From contig NC_083226.1 in the NCBI RefSeq assembly GCF_032191835.1, positions 21,390,001 through 21,454,000 of the forward strand: a stretch of 64,000 nt of DNA, in the 5' to 3' direction. Positions 47,178 to 59,509 of this stretch are shown one piece after another. A program made the translations under genes and the position numbers. The stretch's first letter is position 1. Each line of letters opens with the position of its first letter. The stretch comes from Heteronotia binoei (taxonomy: Eukaryota). The notes below the pieces were generated by a model that saw nothing but the letters and a program-made list of their open reading frames with translations, made no database searches and was not told where the DNA came from.

Positions 47178-47380
47178 CCAGGGCTTTTTTTTTTTAGCAG
47201 GAACGCACAGGAACACAGTTCCGGCTGGCCTGGTGTCAGGGTGTGTAGCCTAATGTACAAATGAGTTCCTGCTGGGCTTTTTTGTAGAAACAATGTGTGA
47301 AACAATGGTGTGAAACAATGGTGGCACCAGGGGGTGTGACCTAATATGCAAATGAGTTCGCTGGGCTTTTTTTTGGTAGA
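47178..47380. mobile_element. CAGGGC-family MITE variant
   Basis: CAGGGCTTTTTTT start; contains ATGCAAAT at 47346-47353. Confidence 0.75.
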
Positions 47381-48470
47381 AGCACTATGATGGAAAGGCT
47401 GTCAGAACCAATCAGAGGTCCTGTGGCAAAGGCACGGAGTCCAATGTCCATCTCGGATAGAGGGGAGAGAGGCAGACCAAAGGAGTTCTGCTTGTTTTCA
47501 GCAGCACCTCTCACCCCCTGAAAGGGACCACCTCCTGTTAGCAGACCCAGGTATCAGAGAGGAGGGAGTTTGAACTGTGCACTTCATGGGCATCCAGAAC
47601 TGCCTCAGTGCCCACACAGATTGCAGGGTCCCTGAAGGGAAGAAGGGGAAGGGGGTTTTCATTGCCACTCATGAGTTTCCAGGTGTCCTTTGTTCATCAA
47701 TGGGTGTGCTTCCCAGTAGCCCAGTTATGTTGCCGAGGGCATGTAGCATCCATGGTCTGACTCAGGTGCCTTCCTCCCCTACCAGTACCCTCTCCGCCCA
47801 CTCCAAAGACATTTATTCTGCTTGTTGCATTGGCTCCCCCCCAGCTGTTGACTCTGGGGACCTCCATGATTCACTGACCCTTTGTTGTTAGCCGCCCTGA
47901 GTCCGCTTGTGGAGAGGGCAGGATAGAAATTTAAATAAATAAATAAATAAATAGTGATATCTTCACATAAGTCTTCCACCTGTGTGACAGGAGCCCCCCC
48001 CCCCTCCTAGAGCAGACACACAGTCATGAGCTCCATTCATTCATGCTATTCAATTTCCTCCTTTCTCCCAGACGGGAAACCCAAGTGGCTTGCATTATTC
48101 TCCTCTCCTCCATTTTATGATGCTCACAACAGCTCCATGAGGTTAATTCCCTCCTTTCTCTCTGATGGGAAACCCAAGTGGCTTGCATTATTCGCCTCTC
48201 CTCCATTTTATGATGCTCACAACAGCCCCATGAGGCTGAGAGCGTGCACTTGGCCCAAATCCATCCACCTACCTCCCATGGCACAAGTCGGAATTGGAAT
48301 CTGGGTTTCCCAGACTCACACTCTAAGCACCCCACCAAGTTGGCTCATTCACTCACAGCACCCTCTGGCCCCTCTCCCCTTCACACAGCAGCCTGCAAGG
48401 TGAGGGAGGGAACCTGTTGATCTGTAAGCTTTGGAGGTCCTGCTGGGCCCCTGCTATGTTTGCAAGAGGA

Positions 48471-48650
48471 CCAGGGCTTTTTTTGTAGCAGGAACTCCTT
48501 TGCATATTAGGCCACTCACCCCTGATGTGGCCAGTTCCCCTGGAGCTTATGGTAGGTCCTGTACTAAGATCATTGTAAGCACTTGGGAGGATTGGCTGCA
48601 TCAGGGGTGGGTCGCCTAATATGCAAAGGAGTTCCTGCTACAAAAAAGCC
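48471..48650. mobile_element. hAT-type MITE (CAGGGC family)
   Basis: Same body as 1734-1915. Confidence 0.85.
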
Positions 48651-49850
48651 CCACAGAGGACCATGATCAGAAAAATCCACATCCACCCAAGGCACTCAAG
48701 AGCCATCCTTTTTGGACATGTCATTGGGCAGCCTTCAGGGAGAGTCACAGATGGGGTGGGGAGGGAGTGGAGCAGGGAGGAGTATGGAGTTCCTTCCATG
48801 CAGTTAGGACCAAACAGACAGAGGTACAGTTATGGCACAACACAGACTTTATTGAGCTGCAAACCATGGTGAGATGTGAAGACTTCATTTGCCACCTGGC
48901 TCCACGGGGAAGAGGACTGAGGATCTCTGGCACAGCATGCATCTAAGTGGGATGGAATGGCAGGTGGAACATGGAAGGGCTGGCCAGATGCAACGCTCTA
49001 GTCCAAGAGGAGGGTTGGGACAGCAGATGGAGCAGAATCTGGAGAGGAGAGGCAGGGCTAGTGTCATACAGCAAGGGACTGGGAAGGGCTTTCTACTGGT
49101 TGCCACCATTCCAGTAAGGGTCTGTAAGAAAGGGTCCAGAGCACCCGACCACCCCTGTCATCCTTGTATTATTTTATTTGTTTTTATTTTATTTTAGTAA
49201 ATTTCTATTCCGCCCATTCCCCGTAGGGTTCAGGGTGGAGTACAACATATCTCTCGGCTTGACTTTGCGAACGTTCCTGATTTAAAGCAGTATCAAATTA
49301 AGCCGCGCCCCAGTCGTCTCAACGCGGGACTCGAACGAGCTAACCACCATTCGCAGATGCTGACGTTTGGACAACCGCTTAAAATCCGACATGCTTCCGG
49401 CCTCCACTCGTGCTCGTAGTGAGATTTTATGAATGTCTGACCTCACCCAGAATCTCTTTTTCAGTCAGCTTTGGAGGTGCTATATTATGATCACTTTGCA
49501 ACTATATTCTAAGGGGAAGTCACCGGTGGGACGGGGAAGGAGTGGGGCAGGGAGGGGCATGGAGTGCTCATTGTGCAGTCAGGACCAAACGGTTGTGGTG
49601 TCAGGGTCTTGTTGCCTAGGGTGGGGGCTGTAAGGGCAACCTGGGGCTTCCAGACTCTGAGAAGGCAGGCCACCAGGTCCCTCTGCACACCCCATGCTGG
49701 CTGGGGGGGGGGGAGGGGGGCTGAGAAGTTGCCAACTTCTGCTGCTCCTTCCTAGGTTACCTTTCCCAGGGAGTGTCTTTTGAGATATCCTTGAGGCAAA
49801 GACTGTCGTCTCATCTGTTGGGGCTTCAGTCCAACCTTGCCTTCTTCCTG

Positions 49851-50150
49851 AGAGCCAGTTTGGTGTAGTGGTTAAGTGCACGGACTCTTATATGGGAGAA
49901 CTGGGTTTGATTCCCCATTCCTCCATTTGCACCTGCTGGATGGCCTTGGGTCAGTCGTAGTTTTCATAGGAGTTGTCCTTGAAAGGGCAGCTGCTGTAAG
50001 AGCTCTTTTAGCTCCACCTACCTCACAAGGTGTCTGTTGTAGGGAGGAGAAGGTAAAGGAGATTGTAAGCCACTCTGAGACTCTGAGTATTGGGTGGGAT
50101 ATAAATCCAATATCATTATCATCATCTTCTTCTCCTTCTCCTTCTTCTTC
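49851..50150 (+). mobile_element. tRNA-derived SINE (Squam3-like)
   Basis: GAGAGCCAGTTTGGTGTAGTGGTTAAG head; (TCA/TCT)n tail. Confidence 0.88.
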
Positions 50151-50696
50151 TTAGTGACCCAAACTGGGTGCCTCCCCCCACAGACAAAAAATCCTGCTAC
50201 GTGACTGGCTATGACCTAGGGGTTGGCTATTTTATATGGCCTCATGAATTTAGATCCCTATGATGACTTGTGCGTGTGATTATTATAGAATTATTATTTT
50301 CCTTCCAGATTTTCACTGCCATAGCCCAAGATGTTTTAGCTCTGAATATTTACCATTAGGGAGAAGGAAATAAGACATACCAAACCAGCACTATCTCTCC
50401 ATTTTTGGCAATTCTTTTTTTGCCAATGAACAAAAGGAAACATAGTCAGGGAGAAAAATATCCTCAGTAGCCGAAGGTTCTTGTAAAAGTACAATACTGA
50501 ACTCCGATATTCTCTAACCTCAAAGGAATTGTATTTATAAGCCCACCCCTGCAGTATCCCAAGAGCACATCTTTAGTATGAATTTAGATTGATTTTTGAG
50601 TCAGAAATTATTAGCCACATCAAAGGAGACAATATTGTGATCAAGGAGAGTATCACTTGTGTGCATGTATCCAAAATAAACAGAAACCAGTGATTG

Positions 50697-51112
50697 TTGG
50701 TTGTTAAAGTCAAGAACCCATTGCGCTATGATTATTTCCTTTCTTCCAATACGTTTTTGCCAGTAGACATGACATTCCTAAAACTTGGGACTATAGTTCT
50801 TATTTATTTCTTTACAACAGGAATGGCCAAACTTGCTTAGTGTAAGAGCCACACAGAATAAATATCAGATGTCTGAGAACCGCAAGACACAAATGGCAGA
50901 TGTTTGGTTGTTAAAGTCAAGAACCCATTGCGCTATGATTATTTCCTTTCTTCCAATACTGTTTTGCCAGTAGACATGACATTCCTAACACTTGGGACTA
51001 TAGTTCTTATTTATTTCTTTACAACAGGGATGGCCAAACTTGCTTAGTGTAAGAGCCACACAGAATAAACATCAGATGTCTGAGAGCCGCAAGACACAAA
51101 TGGCAGATGTTT
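50697..51112. repeat. recent 207-bp tandem duplication spanning a MITE left end
   Basis: TTAAAGTCAAGAACCC at 50704 and 50911; copies nearly identical. Confidence 0.92.
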
Positions 51113-51692
51113 GAGAGTCACAAAACGGAGGGAGAGGTAGAAAGAGAGCTACTTCAACTTTAAATGCATTCTCCAAGCTGCCAGCTGGCTTGGCTTGGAG
51201 AAGTGATTTAAAGAGAGAAATGCCTTCTCCAAGCTGGCCAACGGAGTGGTGGGGGCTTCAAGAGCCACACAATATGTGTGAAGGAGCCACATGTGGCTCC
51301 CGAGCCACGGTTTGGCCACCCCTCCTTTAGAATGTAGAAACTACCACAGCTAAAAGAGTCATTATTCTTTTTATTCTAACCTTCCCCAAACATTCAAAGT
51401 GTTTAAACTAGACAGTCACTGTCTGCGCTGTCTAAAATGGAGATGAGGAAGTATACGTGAAAGTGAGATGGATGCTCAAACTTAACTACACATTGGTATT
51501 CAAATGGAAAATAATAGTGAATAAGAAAAAAAACACATGCAGGATCCAAGACCTCAGTTCACTAGGAGGTTGTCTTTGCAAAGCAATTCAATGTGCCTTA
51601 AACCGTAGGAGAACTTCTGGATGGATTGTTCCCCAAGAGTTTTTCCGGTTCCTTCTTTCATAAAAGAATGTTCTCTCACTTTTTGGCAAGTT

Positions 51693-52640
51693 TTAAGATG
51701 GTGCTTCACTCATATGACATTTTAAGTGGTGTATCATTCTGACCCATGCCTGTTTCAGTTTGGGATTAATTAATATCAGGATAACAGCATGCCCAGAGGG
51801 ATACACAGTACTCATAATCTGAAAAATTCCAGCTGTCCAAGAGCTATCATTCCTTATCTGAACCAGTAATGATTGTATATTGATGGTTACAAAACTGGAG
51901 AGGTACAAAATAGCAAAGGACGCCAGAGCTTTGATGGCAGCTAAGTGAACGCTGGTGTTGAGGTCCTTGGTGCTGATTCCGTTGTGTCGCAAATGTCTTA
52001 TGTGCTTCCAAAGAGATATTATTAACAAGACTATAAATGACAGAAATATCACAGAAAGAATGAAACCTGGAGCAACAACTGCAATGAGAAGCTGCCAACA
52101 CAAGTGAGGCACTTTAACTTCTGAATTATAGCTATTGTTTAAATGTAATTTGAAGGGATCACAAATGGTTAAGGCACTGCTCGACACGGCGATAATAGCC
52201 ATTGTCATAGTCATAAAAACAGAGATGGCCACTGAGCCCAGAAGCAGCCATGGGACCAGCCCGGAGAATCTTTGCTTCACTTGGAGGAGAATTGGGTGGG
52301 AGAAGATGGCGATCTTGACAAAGTAAAAAATGCTCAGCCAGGTGGCAAAAAAGAGGCTGACAGTGTATGTAAAGAACCACATTGCGTAAAAAAGGAAAAA
52401 GAAATGCTTCAATGCAAAAGTGTGCAGAAAAAAGGTAAGCAGAGTCACATCTAGAATCACTATTCCCAGCCATGCGAGTCTGGTCAAGCTCAAGCAGGTC
52501 AAGATAAGGTCAGTCGGGGAGAGTTTCCTGCTTTTGTACCAGTTAATGCAGCCCATGAGGACAATAAACCCATTTGCTACCATTCCGATGAGGGTTTCTA
52601 TGATGACAAGTGCAAAGCTTGTTATCCATGAAGCGTCCAT
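51693..52640 (-). CDS. TAS2R: bitter taste receptor type 2, intact 315 aa
   Basis: All TAS2R motifs present; first ATG is at 52640 (the track start at 52652 is GTG). Confidence 0.96.
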   Translation of the reverse strand: MDASWITSFALVIIETLIGMVANGFIVLMGCINWYKSRKLSPTDLILTCLSLTRLAWLGIVILDVTLLTFFLHTFALKHFFFLFYAMWFFTYTVSLFFATWLSIFYFVKIAIFSHPILLQVKQRFSGLVPWLLLGSVAISVFMTMTMAIIAVSSSALTICDPFKLHLNNSYNSEVKVPHLCWQLLIAVVAPGFILSVIFLSFIVLLIISLWKHIRHLRHNGISTKDLNTSVHLAAIKALASFAILYLSSFVTINIQSLLVQIRNDSSWTAGIFQIMSTVYPSGHAVILILINPKLKQAWVRMIHHLKCHMSEAPS

Positions 52641-52782
52641 CTTTCTCAGCACAAGAGAAAACAGTTTCTTCTGCTGCGATATTCACACTTTCCCTCAACA
52701 GCACACAGCACAACACTGGGGCCCTTTGTTTAAGAACCCATCTGGGCGTTAGGAGCTATTTTCAAGTGCTGGCCCTGTGAAG

Positions 52783-52877
52783 ATGCAAATCTTTCTGAAA
52801 AGGACTATGTTACTAAATCCTGTTCTAGGATGTCATATTTGCACATTTGACATAGACCCTAAATATGATCTTTGCAT
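52783..52877 (-). promoter_or_regulatory. octamer module
   Basis: ATGCAAAT 52783, ATTTGCAC 52837, CTTTGCAT 52870. Confidence 0.6.
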
Positions 52878-54497
52878 CTGTTTTCACAAATGATGAAGTG
52901 CTCTTCTTGTGGGATTTGTTGACGTTAAAGCATTATTTGCCAAGTTCCACCCACTATTATTAATTGTATCGAAGGAAAAACCTTTCTCTTGATTGATAGG
53001 CAGAACAATCTAGTGCTGTGACAGCCCCCAGCTGCATAACTAGGGAGATGCTAGTCCATCCCCGATAGGATACGTTATGCAATGGCCAACAGACAAAGTC
53101 AGTTGGTTCATGGCGTTTTAAAAGCATAACTGGGGTACCATCCATCCTGACCACATCCCTGCAGTCAACGAAGGCTTTTGTAGGTGGTGGTACTATGATG
53201 GACAGGTCAGACAGAACCAATCAGAGTTCATGGGGCAAGGGGATGGAGTCTAGCATCCATCTCTGGCAGTCGGCAAAGAGGGACAGGCCAAAGGAGTTCT
53301 CCTTATTTTCAGCAATACCTTCCACCCCCCTAAAGGGACCAGCTCCTGTCAATGATCCAGGCACCTGACAGTAAGGAAGGGGTTCCAGGTTTCTGCCCCA
53401 CGGGCATCCACAGCTGTCTTAATGCCCATACAGAGCACAGAGTCCCTGAAGGGAAGAAGGGGGAGGGAGGTTGTCATTGCCACCTTACACAATTGGGGAT
53501 GTCCTTTCCTCAATGATGGGTGAGCTTCCCAGTTGGCCAGCCACATTGCTGAGGGCACTTCCTGCCAGTGGTGGAGCAGGAGAGGGGGGCCACTGAGATA
53601 TAGGGGCATGTAGCATCACACTCAGGTCCCAAATTGCCTCCTCAGTGGAGCAGAAGTTATCTGGGACTGGAATGACCATCATTTCACTTTGGGCGCTGTC
53701 ATTCCACTCCCAGAGCTATCCATACGCAGATACTGTCATTCAAAATCCATCGCCCACCCATCATTATTTCCTTGTGCAGTAAAGTACTGCAATGGAACCC
53801 ATGCAAGACACTGGGCATTTCTGGCTACCAGTATGGGCACTCAAGCTTCTCCCATTGTTCTCAATCGGCAGTCCTGTCAGTTACTTTAGGACATCCCCTC
53901 TTGATACTCTGGCTTCCTCAGAGTCCCTTGTGACATCCTCCATATTCCTGTAAGCTGCTCCACAGACAACCCCTCCATGCCCCAGAAGAAAGCATCCCTC
54001 CCTTACAGTAGGACTCAAGCTGCTGCTGCTTGGTTGACGCCCAAGGGTCCCAGCAAGGGCTCATACTCACTTGCTACAGCATCCAGGATTTGTCACAGGT
54101 GCTCTCCTCCCTTACCAGTGCTCTCCCTACCCAGCTCCCACCAAAGACATCAAGTCTGCCTGCTGCATTGCCTCCTCCCCAGCCGTTGACTCTGGGGACC
54201 CCATGATCCCCTAACCCTTCATTGATGCCTTCAAAAGTCTTCCCCTTGGGTGACAGAAGTCTCCACTTCTTAGAACAGACACAGCGTTATGGGCTCCATT
54301 CATTCCCTCTATTCATTCCCCTCCTTTCTCCCCAATGGGGCACCCAAATGGCTTGCATTGTTCTCCTCTCCTCCATTTTATGATACTCACAACTACCCTA
54401 TCAGGTTGGTTGGGCTGAGAGTGTGTAACTGGCCCAAATCTACCCTCCTATCTTGTCTGTTCTAGTGGTGAAAGCATCACAATAAGGTGTGTGTACC

Positions 54498-55133
54498 CAG
54501 GGCCTGCTCACCCACTAGGCAAACTAGGTTATGAATAGCCTAGGGCACCGAGAGGCGGGGGGTGGCAAATTGGGCTCTCGCCACCCCAGTGCCCCAGCGC
54601 TTAGCTTGCTTCCCTTCCCCCTGCCGTGGCCGCCACCCACCCACCCTCCAGGTGCGGGGTCCCCCCCCCCCGCCCACGCCCCCCCAGCACTCCGCTTACC
54701 TGCCCGCTGCTAAAAGTGGTGGTGCTTCACTCGCTCCCTTCCCCCTGCTCGCCGACTAAAAGTAAGCTTTGCCGACTTTGCAGCTCACGCCTGCGCGTTT
54801 TGTCTCTTAACAAAACATGCAGCCGTGGGCTGTGAAGTCGGCAACGCTTACTTTTAGCAGATGAGCAGGGGGAAGGGAGTGAAGTGGCAGTGGGCAGGTG
54901 AGCAGAGCACCGGGAGGGGGGGGGTGGGGGGGTGGGACACTGTGTGGGGGGCGGGGTGCCAGAATGTGGCATTAGAGCTGGTTCTGGCATTGCAATTGAC
55001 ATGTGGGGAAGGGAGGGAAGGGGCGCGGCGGGGAGGGGGCTTGGAGCTGCAGGGGGGAGCTGTGGGGGTGCTTTTGGGGGGGCGCCAGGCAGCAAGTCTG
55101 CCTAGGACACCCCAGGGTGTCGGGCCGGCCCTG
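54498..55133. mobile_element. hAT-type non-autonomous element
   Basis: TIR CAGGGCC.GC / GCCGGCCCTG; perfect TSD TGTGTACC. Confidence 0.9.
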
Positions 55134-55269
55134 TGTGTACCACTTCTTCATGGCAGAAAGATTGCACTAATTCCCTCTCTGCTCAAGCCTGGAGTCATAT
55201 TTGGAATTCCTTCACATTCAAATCCCCTAGCATCACTATTTGCATCCCGTTTTTCAAAACCCTGTCGCA

Positions 55270-55945
55270 CTAGTCTCTTGCTCCACAGAAATTACATTTT
55301 GCACAAAATATTCAATCCCCACTTTGCTGGAGAGGTTGTAAAGAAAATGGCACATACAGACATTGTTGGTGGTCTTGTTCTTATGTTTAAAATTAATCAT
55401 GACTCAAATTCATGATATTACTCATGTACAAGTTCCTCTCCGAATGGAAGCTCTACTATTGAATCATTGGCATCCCTATATGAATAACTCAACTAAGATG
55501 GAGCTAATAGAAACTCTCTGTGCAGCAGCTAGGACAGTTCTGGCAAGATATTGGAAAACGAATACAAAACCTACTCTCCTTGACTGACTCCTAAAGGTAC
55601 AGGAGTGCTGTATTACGGATAAATTATCAGATTCTCAGACTCGAGGTGTAACAGGCCTTTATACCTCAAAATTTGTGTCCCTTTGGTTTCCGTTCCTTGA
55701 ATTTCTAGCTCATAAACCAGAATTTGCATCAATCATGGATGCTATCAACATTGTTTACTAACTTTCTTATATATTTGAAATCCTATAGGTGAAGTTTTGA
55801 ATTTGCCAGGTATTTGCCTTTTATTTTTTTTCTGAATATTTTGATCCTATCTCTATGTATTTGTCTTCAGTCCTGGTTATTTCTAATTGTATTTGATTTA
55901 TTTATGTATGTATATATGTATTCATATTTCTTTCAATAAATATTG
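55270..55945 (+). mobile_element. L1 LINE 3' fragment
   Basis: LCAAARTVLARYWKT..KPTL.DW-like...DKL...KFVSLWFPFLEFL, then an AT-rich 3' UTR with AATAAA. Confidence 0.85.
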
Positions 55946-56544
55946 GTTGTTTTTCCTTTTAAAGGTGTATGTACAAATCCTTAGCCCAGTAAGTTTGGAT
56001 CCCTTGCCCTTGTTTACCTCTTTGGGTCAAGCCTCCAAAAGGTGGAGAATAGGGTTGCCAAGTCCAATTGAAGAAATATCTGGGGACTTTTGGGGTGGAG
56101 CCAGGAGACTTTGGGGGTGGAGCCAGGGGAAAGGTTGCGACAAGCATAATTGAACTCCGAGTTCTGGCCATCACATTTAAAGGGACCACACATCTTTTGT
56201 TTTAAAATAAATAAATCTTTATTAAAAGCGAAGATCTTTGACTTACAAATGCATAAGAAGAGCATAAAATGACATTGTCCAATTGCACCGCAAAAAATAG
56301 TCAAAAGAAATACTGCATAAAATAGCATGAACAGAGAAATAATAATTAAATACGAGGCAACCAAATAATACACCCAGAAATGTGCCTCTCAGACCTTAAA
56401 CAACTAATAATGAAGCCAAGAATGATGACTGCAGTTGGAAGGAAGAATACTGCCCTGGGGCAGATAGTGGGACATCAGAAAGACACCGTGCTGAAAAGGG
56501 GAACGTCAGAGCAGCATAGGGTGAGTGCGAAATCAGTCTGGGTT

Positions 56545-56613
56545 TTAAGATGGTGCTTCATTCACATGACATTTTAAGTGATGTATCATCCTGATCCATG
56601 CCTTTTTCAGTTT
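56545..56613 (-). pseudogene. TAS2R: isolated TAS2R 3' fragment (helix 8 + stop)
   Basis: Minus translation KLKKAWIRMIHHLKCHVNEAPS*; nothing upstream aligns to TM1-TM6. Confidence 0.85.
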
Positions 56614-57208
56614 GTGTCCCCCTTAGGTTTGGATTAATTTACATTTTCAAGCGAAAACAGGAAGCAAAACGCGGGCATTTCTGACCTCACCCCCTAACTA
56701 TCCAGTCCCTTCTTCTCACAGGTGCTCCTGAATCAGCACTCTGGCCTTGTGGTTCCTACGGAAACCGCCCAGGCCGGTGGAAAGAATCTTGGTAACTTGT
56801 TGCAAAGACAAGCAAGGCAGAAGGGAAAGCAAAGCAGTACAGTAATATAAAGATTCACACATTAACCATGGCAAGGCACTTGACATTAGCAAGAAGTTTT
56901 CTGTGGCACCTTGTAAAATCTGCCCGATAAGGGTGGCTTAAGCTTTTTACATGTGCTTATTGAGGACATTTGATAATAATTTTACTCCTCACACATTGCA
57001 TGTATAATATGTGGGAGTGAATTCTTCAGTCTTTCTTATTTACAGTTGCTGTGAACCTTGGTATGACTTGTTCTAATACAGTTGATATTAATGTTTTAAT
57101 ACAGATGATAAATACCAGGAAAATTTCAGGATGGATTGCTCCCCGAGGGTTTTTCAGGTTCCTTCTTTATCAAGAAAATGTCCTCTCTCTTTGTTCCTTT
57201 GATAGGTT

Positions 57209-58153
57209 TTAAGATGGTGGTTCACTCACATGACATTTTATGCGATGTATCATCCTGACCCATGCCTGTTTCAGTTTGGGATTGATTAATATCAGGATAA
57301 CAGCATGTCCAGAGGGATACGCAGCACTGATATTGTGGAAAAATACAGATGTCCAAGAACCATTGTTTCTTCTCCAATACAGTATTGTTTGTAAACTGAT
57401 GGCTAGCCAACAGGAGAGGTACAAAGCAGCAAAGGAAGCCAGAGCTTTGATGGCACTTAAATGAACATTGGTGTTGAGATCCCTGACTCCAATTCCATTG
57501 TGCTGCAAATGTCTTGTGTGCTTTCACAGAGATATTATTAACAAGATTGTGGATGACAAAAATATCACAGAAGGGATGAGATTTGGAATACTACGTGAAA
57601 TGACTAGTTCCATACAAGTGCGAGACTCCTGAATTTCTGAATCATAGCTATTATTCAAAAGTAATAAGTAGGGATCACAAATGGCTAAGTCACTGATAGG
57701 TCTTGCGAAGGCAATAATAGTAATCAAAGCAGAGAAAACTACTGAGGCAAGAAGCAGCCATGGGATCAGGCTTGAGAATCTTTGCTTCACTTGGAGGAAA
57801 AGAGGGTGGGAGAAGATGGCGATCTTTGTTAAATACCAAACACCAAGACAAGCAGCAAACCAAAGATTGACAGTTTCTGTAAAGGACCACAAGATAACAA
57901 CACTTAAATGTACCGGTTCCGTTAGATAGGTGTGAAGAAAAAAGGACAACATAGTTACATGCAGCATGACTAGTGCCTGCCACATTAATCTGGATAAGCC
58001 AAGACAGATCAGGATCAAGTCAGTGGGGGATAGTTTCTTGCTTCTGAACCAGTCAATGCAATTGATGAGGACAATAAATCCATTTGCTACTATCCCAACG
58101 AGGGTTTCCATGATGAGAAGCACAAAGCTAATTATCAAGAACAAGGTTGCCAT
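57209..58153 (-). pseudogene. TAS2R: TAS2R with a single premature stop (SLW to SL*, TGA 57524-57526), otherwise intact 314 codons
   Basis: ORFs 57524-58225 and 57209-57508 are in the same frame; all motifs intact. Confidence 0.93.
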
Positions 58154-58297
58154 CTCTCTAAGCCCAAAAGAAAAGTGTAGAGTTTCTTCTGCTGCGATAC
58201 TCACACTTTCCCTCCAGCGCAACACTGGGTCCCTCCGTTTATGAACACAAAAACATCAGGGTGGCAGGAGCTATTTTTGTGTGCTGGCTCTGGGAAG

Positions 58298-58397
58298 ATG
58301 CAAATCTTCCTGGAAAAGGCCATGTTACTAAATCTACGTTGTGTTCTAGGATGTCATATTTGCCCATTTTCATAGATAATAAAGATGAGCTTTGCAT
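58298..58397 (-). promoter_or_regulatory. octamer module
   Basis: ATGCAAAT 58298, ATTTGCCC ~58358, CTTTGCAT 58390. Confidence 0.55.
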
Positions 58398-58900
58398 CTG
58401 TTTTGTGCAAACAATGATGTACTATTCTTGTGGGATTTGTTGATGCAAAAGTCCTGTTCGCCAACTTCCATAAGTTATTGTTTATTATGATATTTATGGA
58501 AACGGCTTTCTATTGACTGATCTTCAGTGTAATCTTAAGCAGGGGGTGAAAGAGCTCAGGAACCAATCAGTCATTGTGTGGGGTATCTCAGAGGTCCCCT
58601 AGTATAAGTTGGACTTCTGATGGGGCAGCAGCCCTGCATCACCCCTCCACCTTTAACTGCTGTTGCAGCCCTGTGAAGGTGTTTCATCAGTGGATTAGTG
58701 GCATACATCCCTGTCCCAGAATGGAAGTGGGTGGGCCAGGAAGTAAAACTGGAAATTATTGGCTCTCTAGGGCGTTCAAGACTTTGAATGTTCCTCCTCT
58801 GTGGTAGATAGTTAAACCTTCAAAAAACAAACAAAAAATGTAGCCCATAGGTGCCCATGCCAACCCAAAAGTTCAGTGTTGTTCATTCTGGTGCAGTCAC

Positions 58901-59327
58901 TGTCGGCATAGAAAATAATGCCTGGTGAGGCATGAAGGAATGCAAACTGACAGCTGCTGTCAAATAGCTGTCAAGTCGATGGACTGAAGATGATCTGGCA
59001 TATGAGAACTGGTTCTGGCCAGATAGATGATGCAACAAGGTGAGGAGTGCAGAACTGACTCAGAATGACTCAGCTGTTTCCTCATTGGTTTAGCAATTAA
59101 CAACAAATGTATATAACTAGAACTGTGCTGAACCAACTACCCTCTCACTATTATTGATTGTCTGGCGGAGCGTTTTGTTGGAGAACTGTATATATTTGTA
59201 TAATAAACCTTATAAATAGTTTAAGAAGCACAGTGTGGAGTGGACTGTGTTGAACTATTCTTCATCGAGAGAACTGGCAGAGGCAAACACAGGCAGTTCA
59301 CAAATCTGCTACTTTTCTACACCAACA
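58901..59327 (+). mobile_element. 5' LTR of a Ty1/copia element
   Basis: TGTCGG...CCAACA termini; TATA-like stretch and AATAAA at ~59190-59210; followed by a PBS. Confidence 0.8.
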
Positions 59328-59328
59328 G

Positions 59329-59343
59329 GGTTAATGGCCCAGT
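59329..59343 (+). promoter_or_regulatory. copia-type primer binding site
   Basis: GGTTAATGGCCCAGT, 13/15 match to the GGTTATGGGCCCAGT half-tRNA-iMet PBS of copia elements. Confidence 0.65.
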
Positions 59344-59509
59344 CTGCCCAGTTTGCCCAGTCTGATCAGTTTGGAACCGTCTGCGGTGCTCCGTGAGTTG
59401 GCCTGCTGTGGAGTGTCAAGCCAGAGTGGACGTCTGCTACCGTGGTTGGTGTGCAGGAGTGGAGACTAGCTCGGAGAGGTTTGGAACAGTGGTGCTGAAG
59501 GTTTTCATC

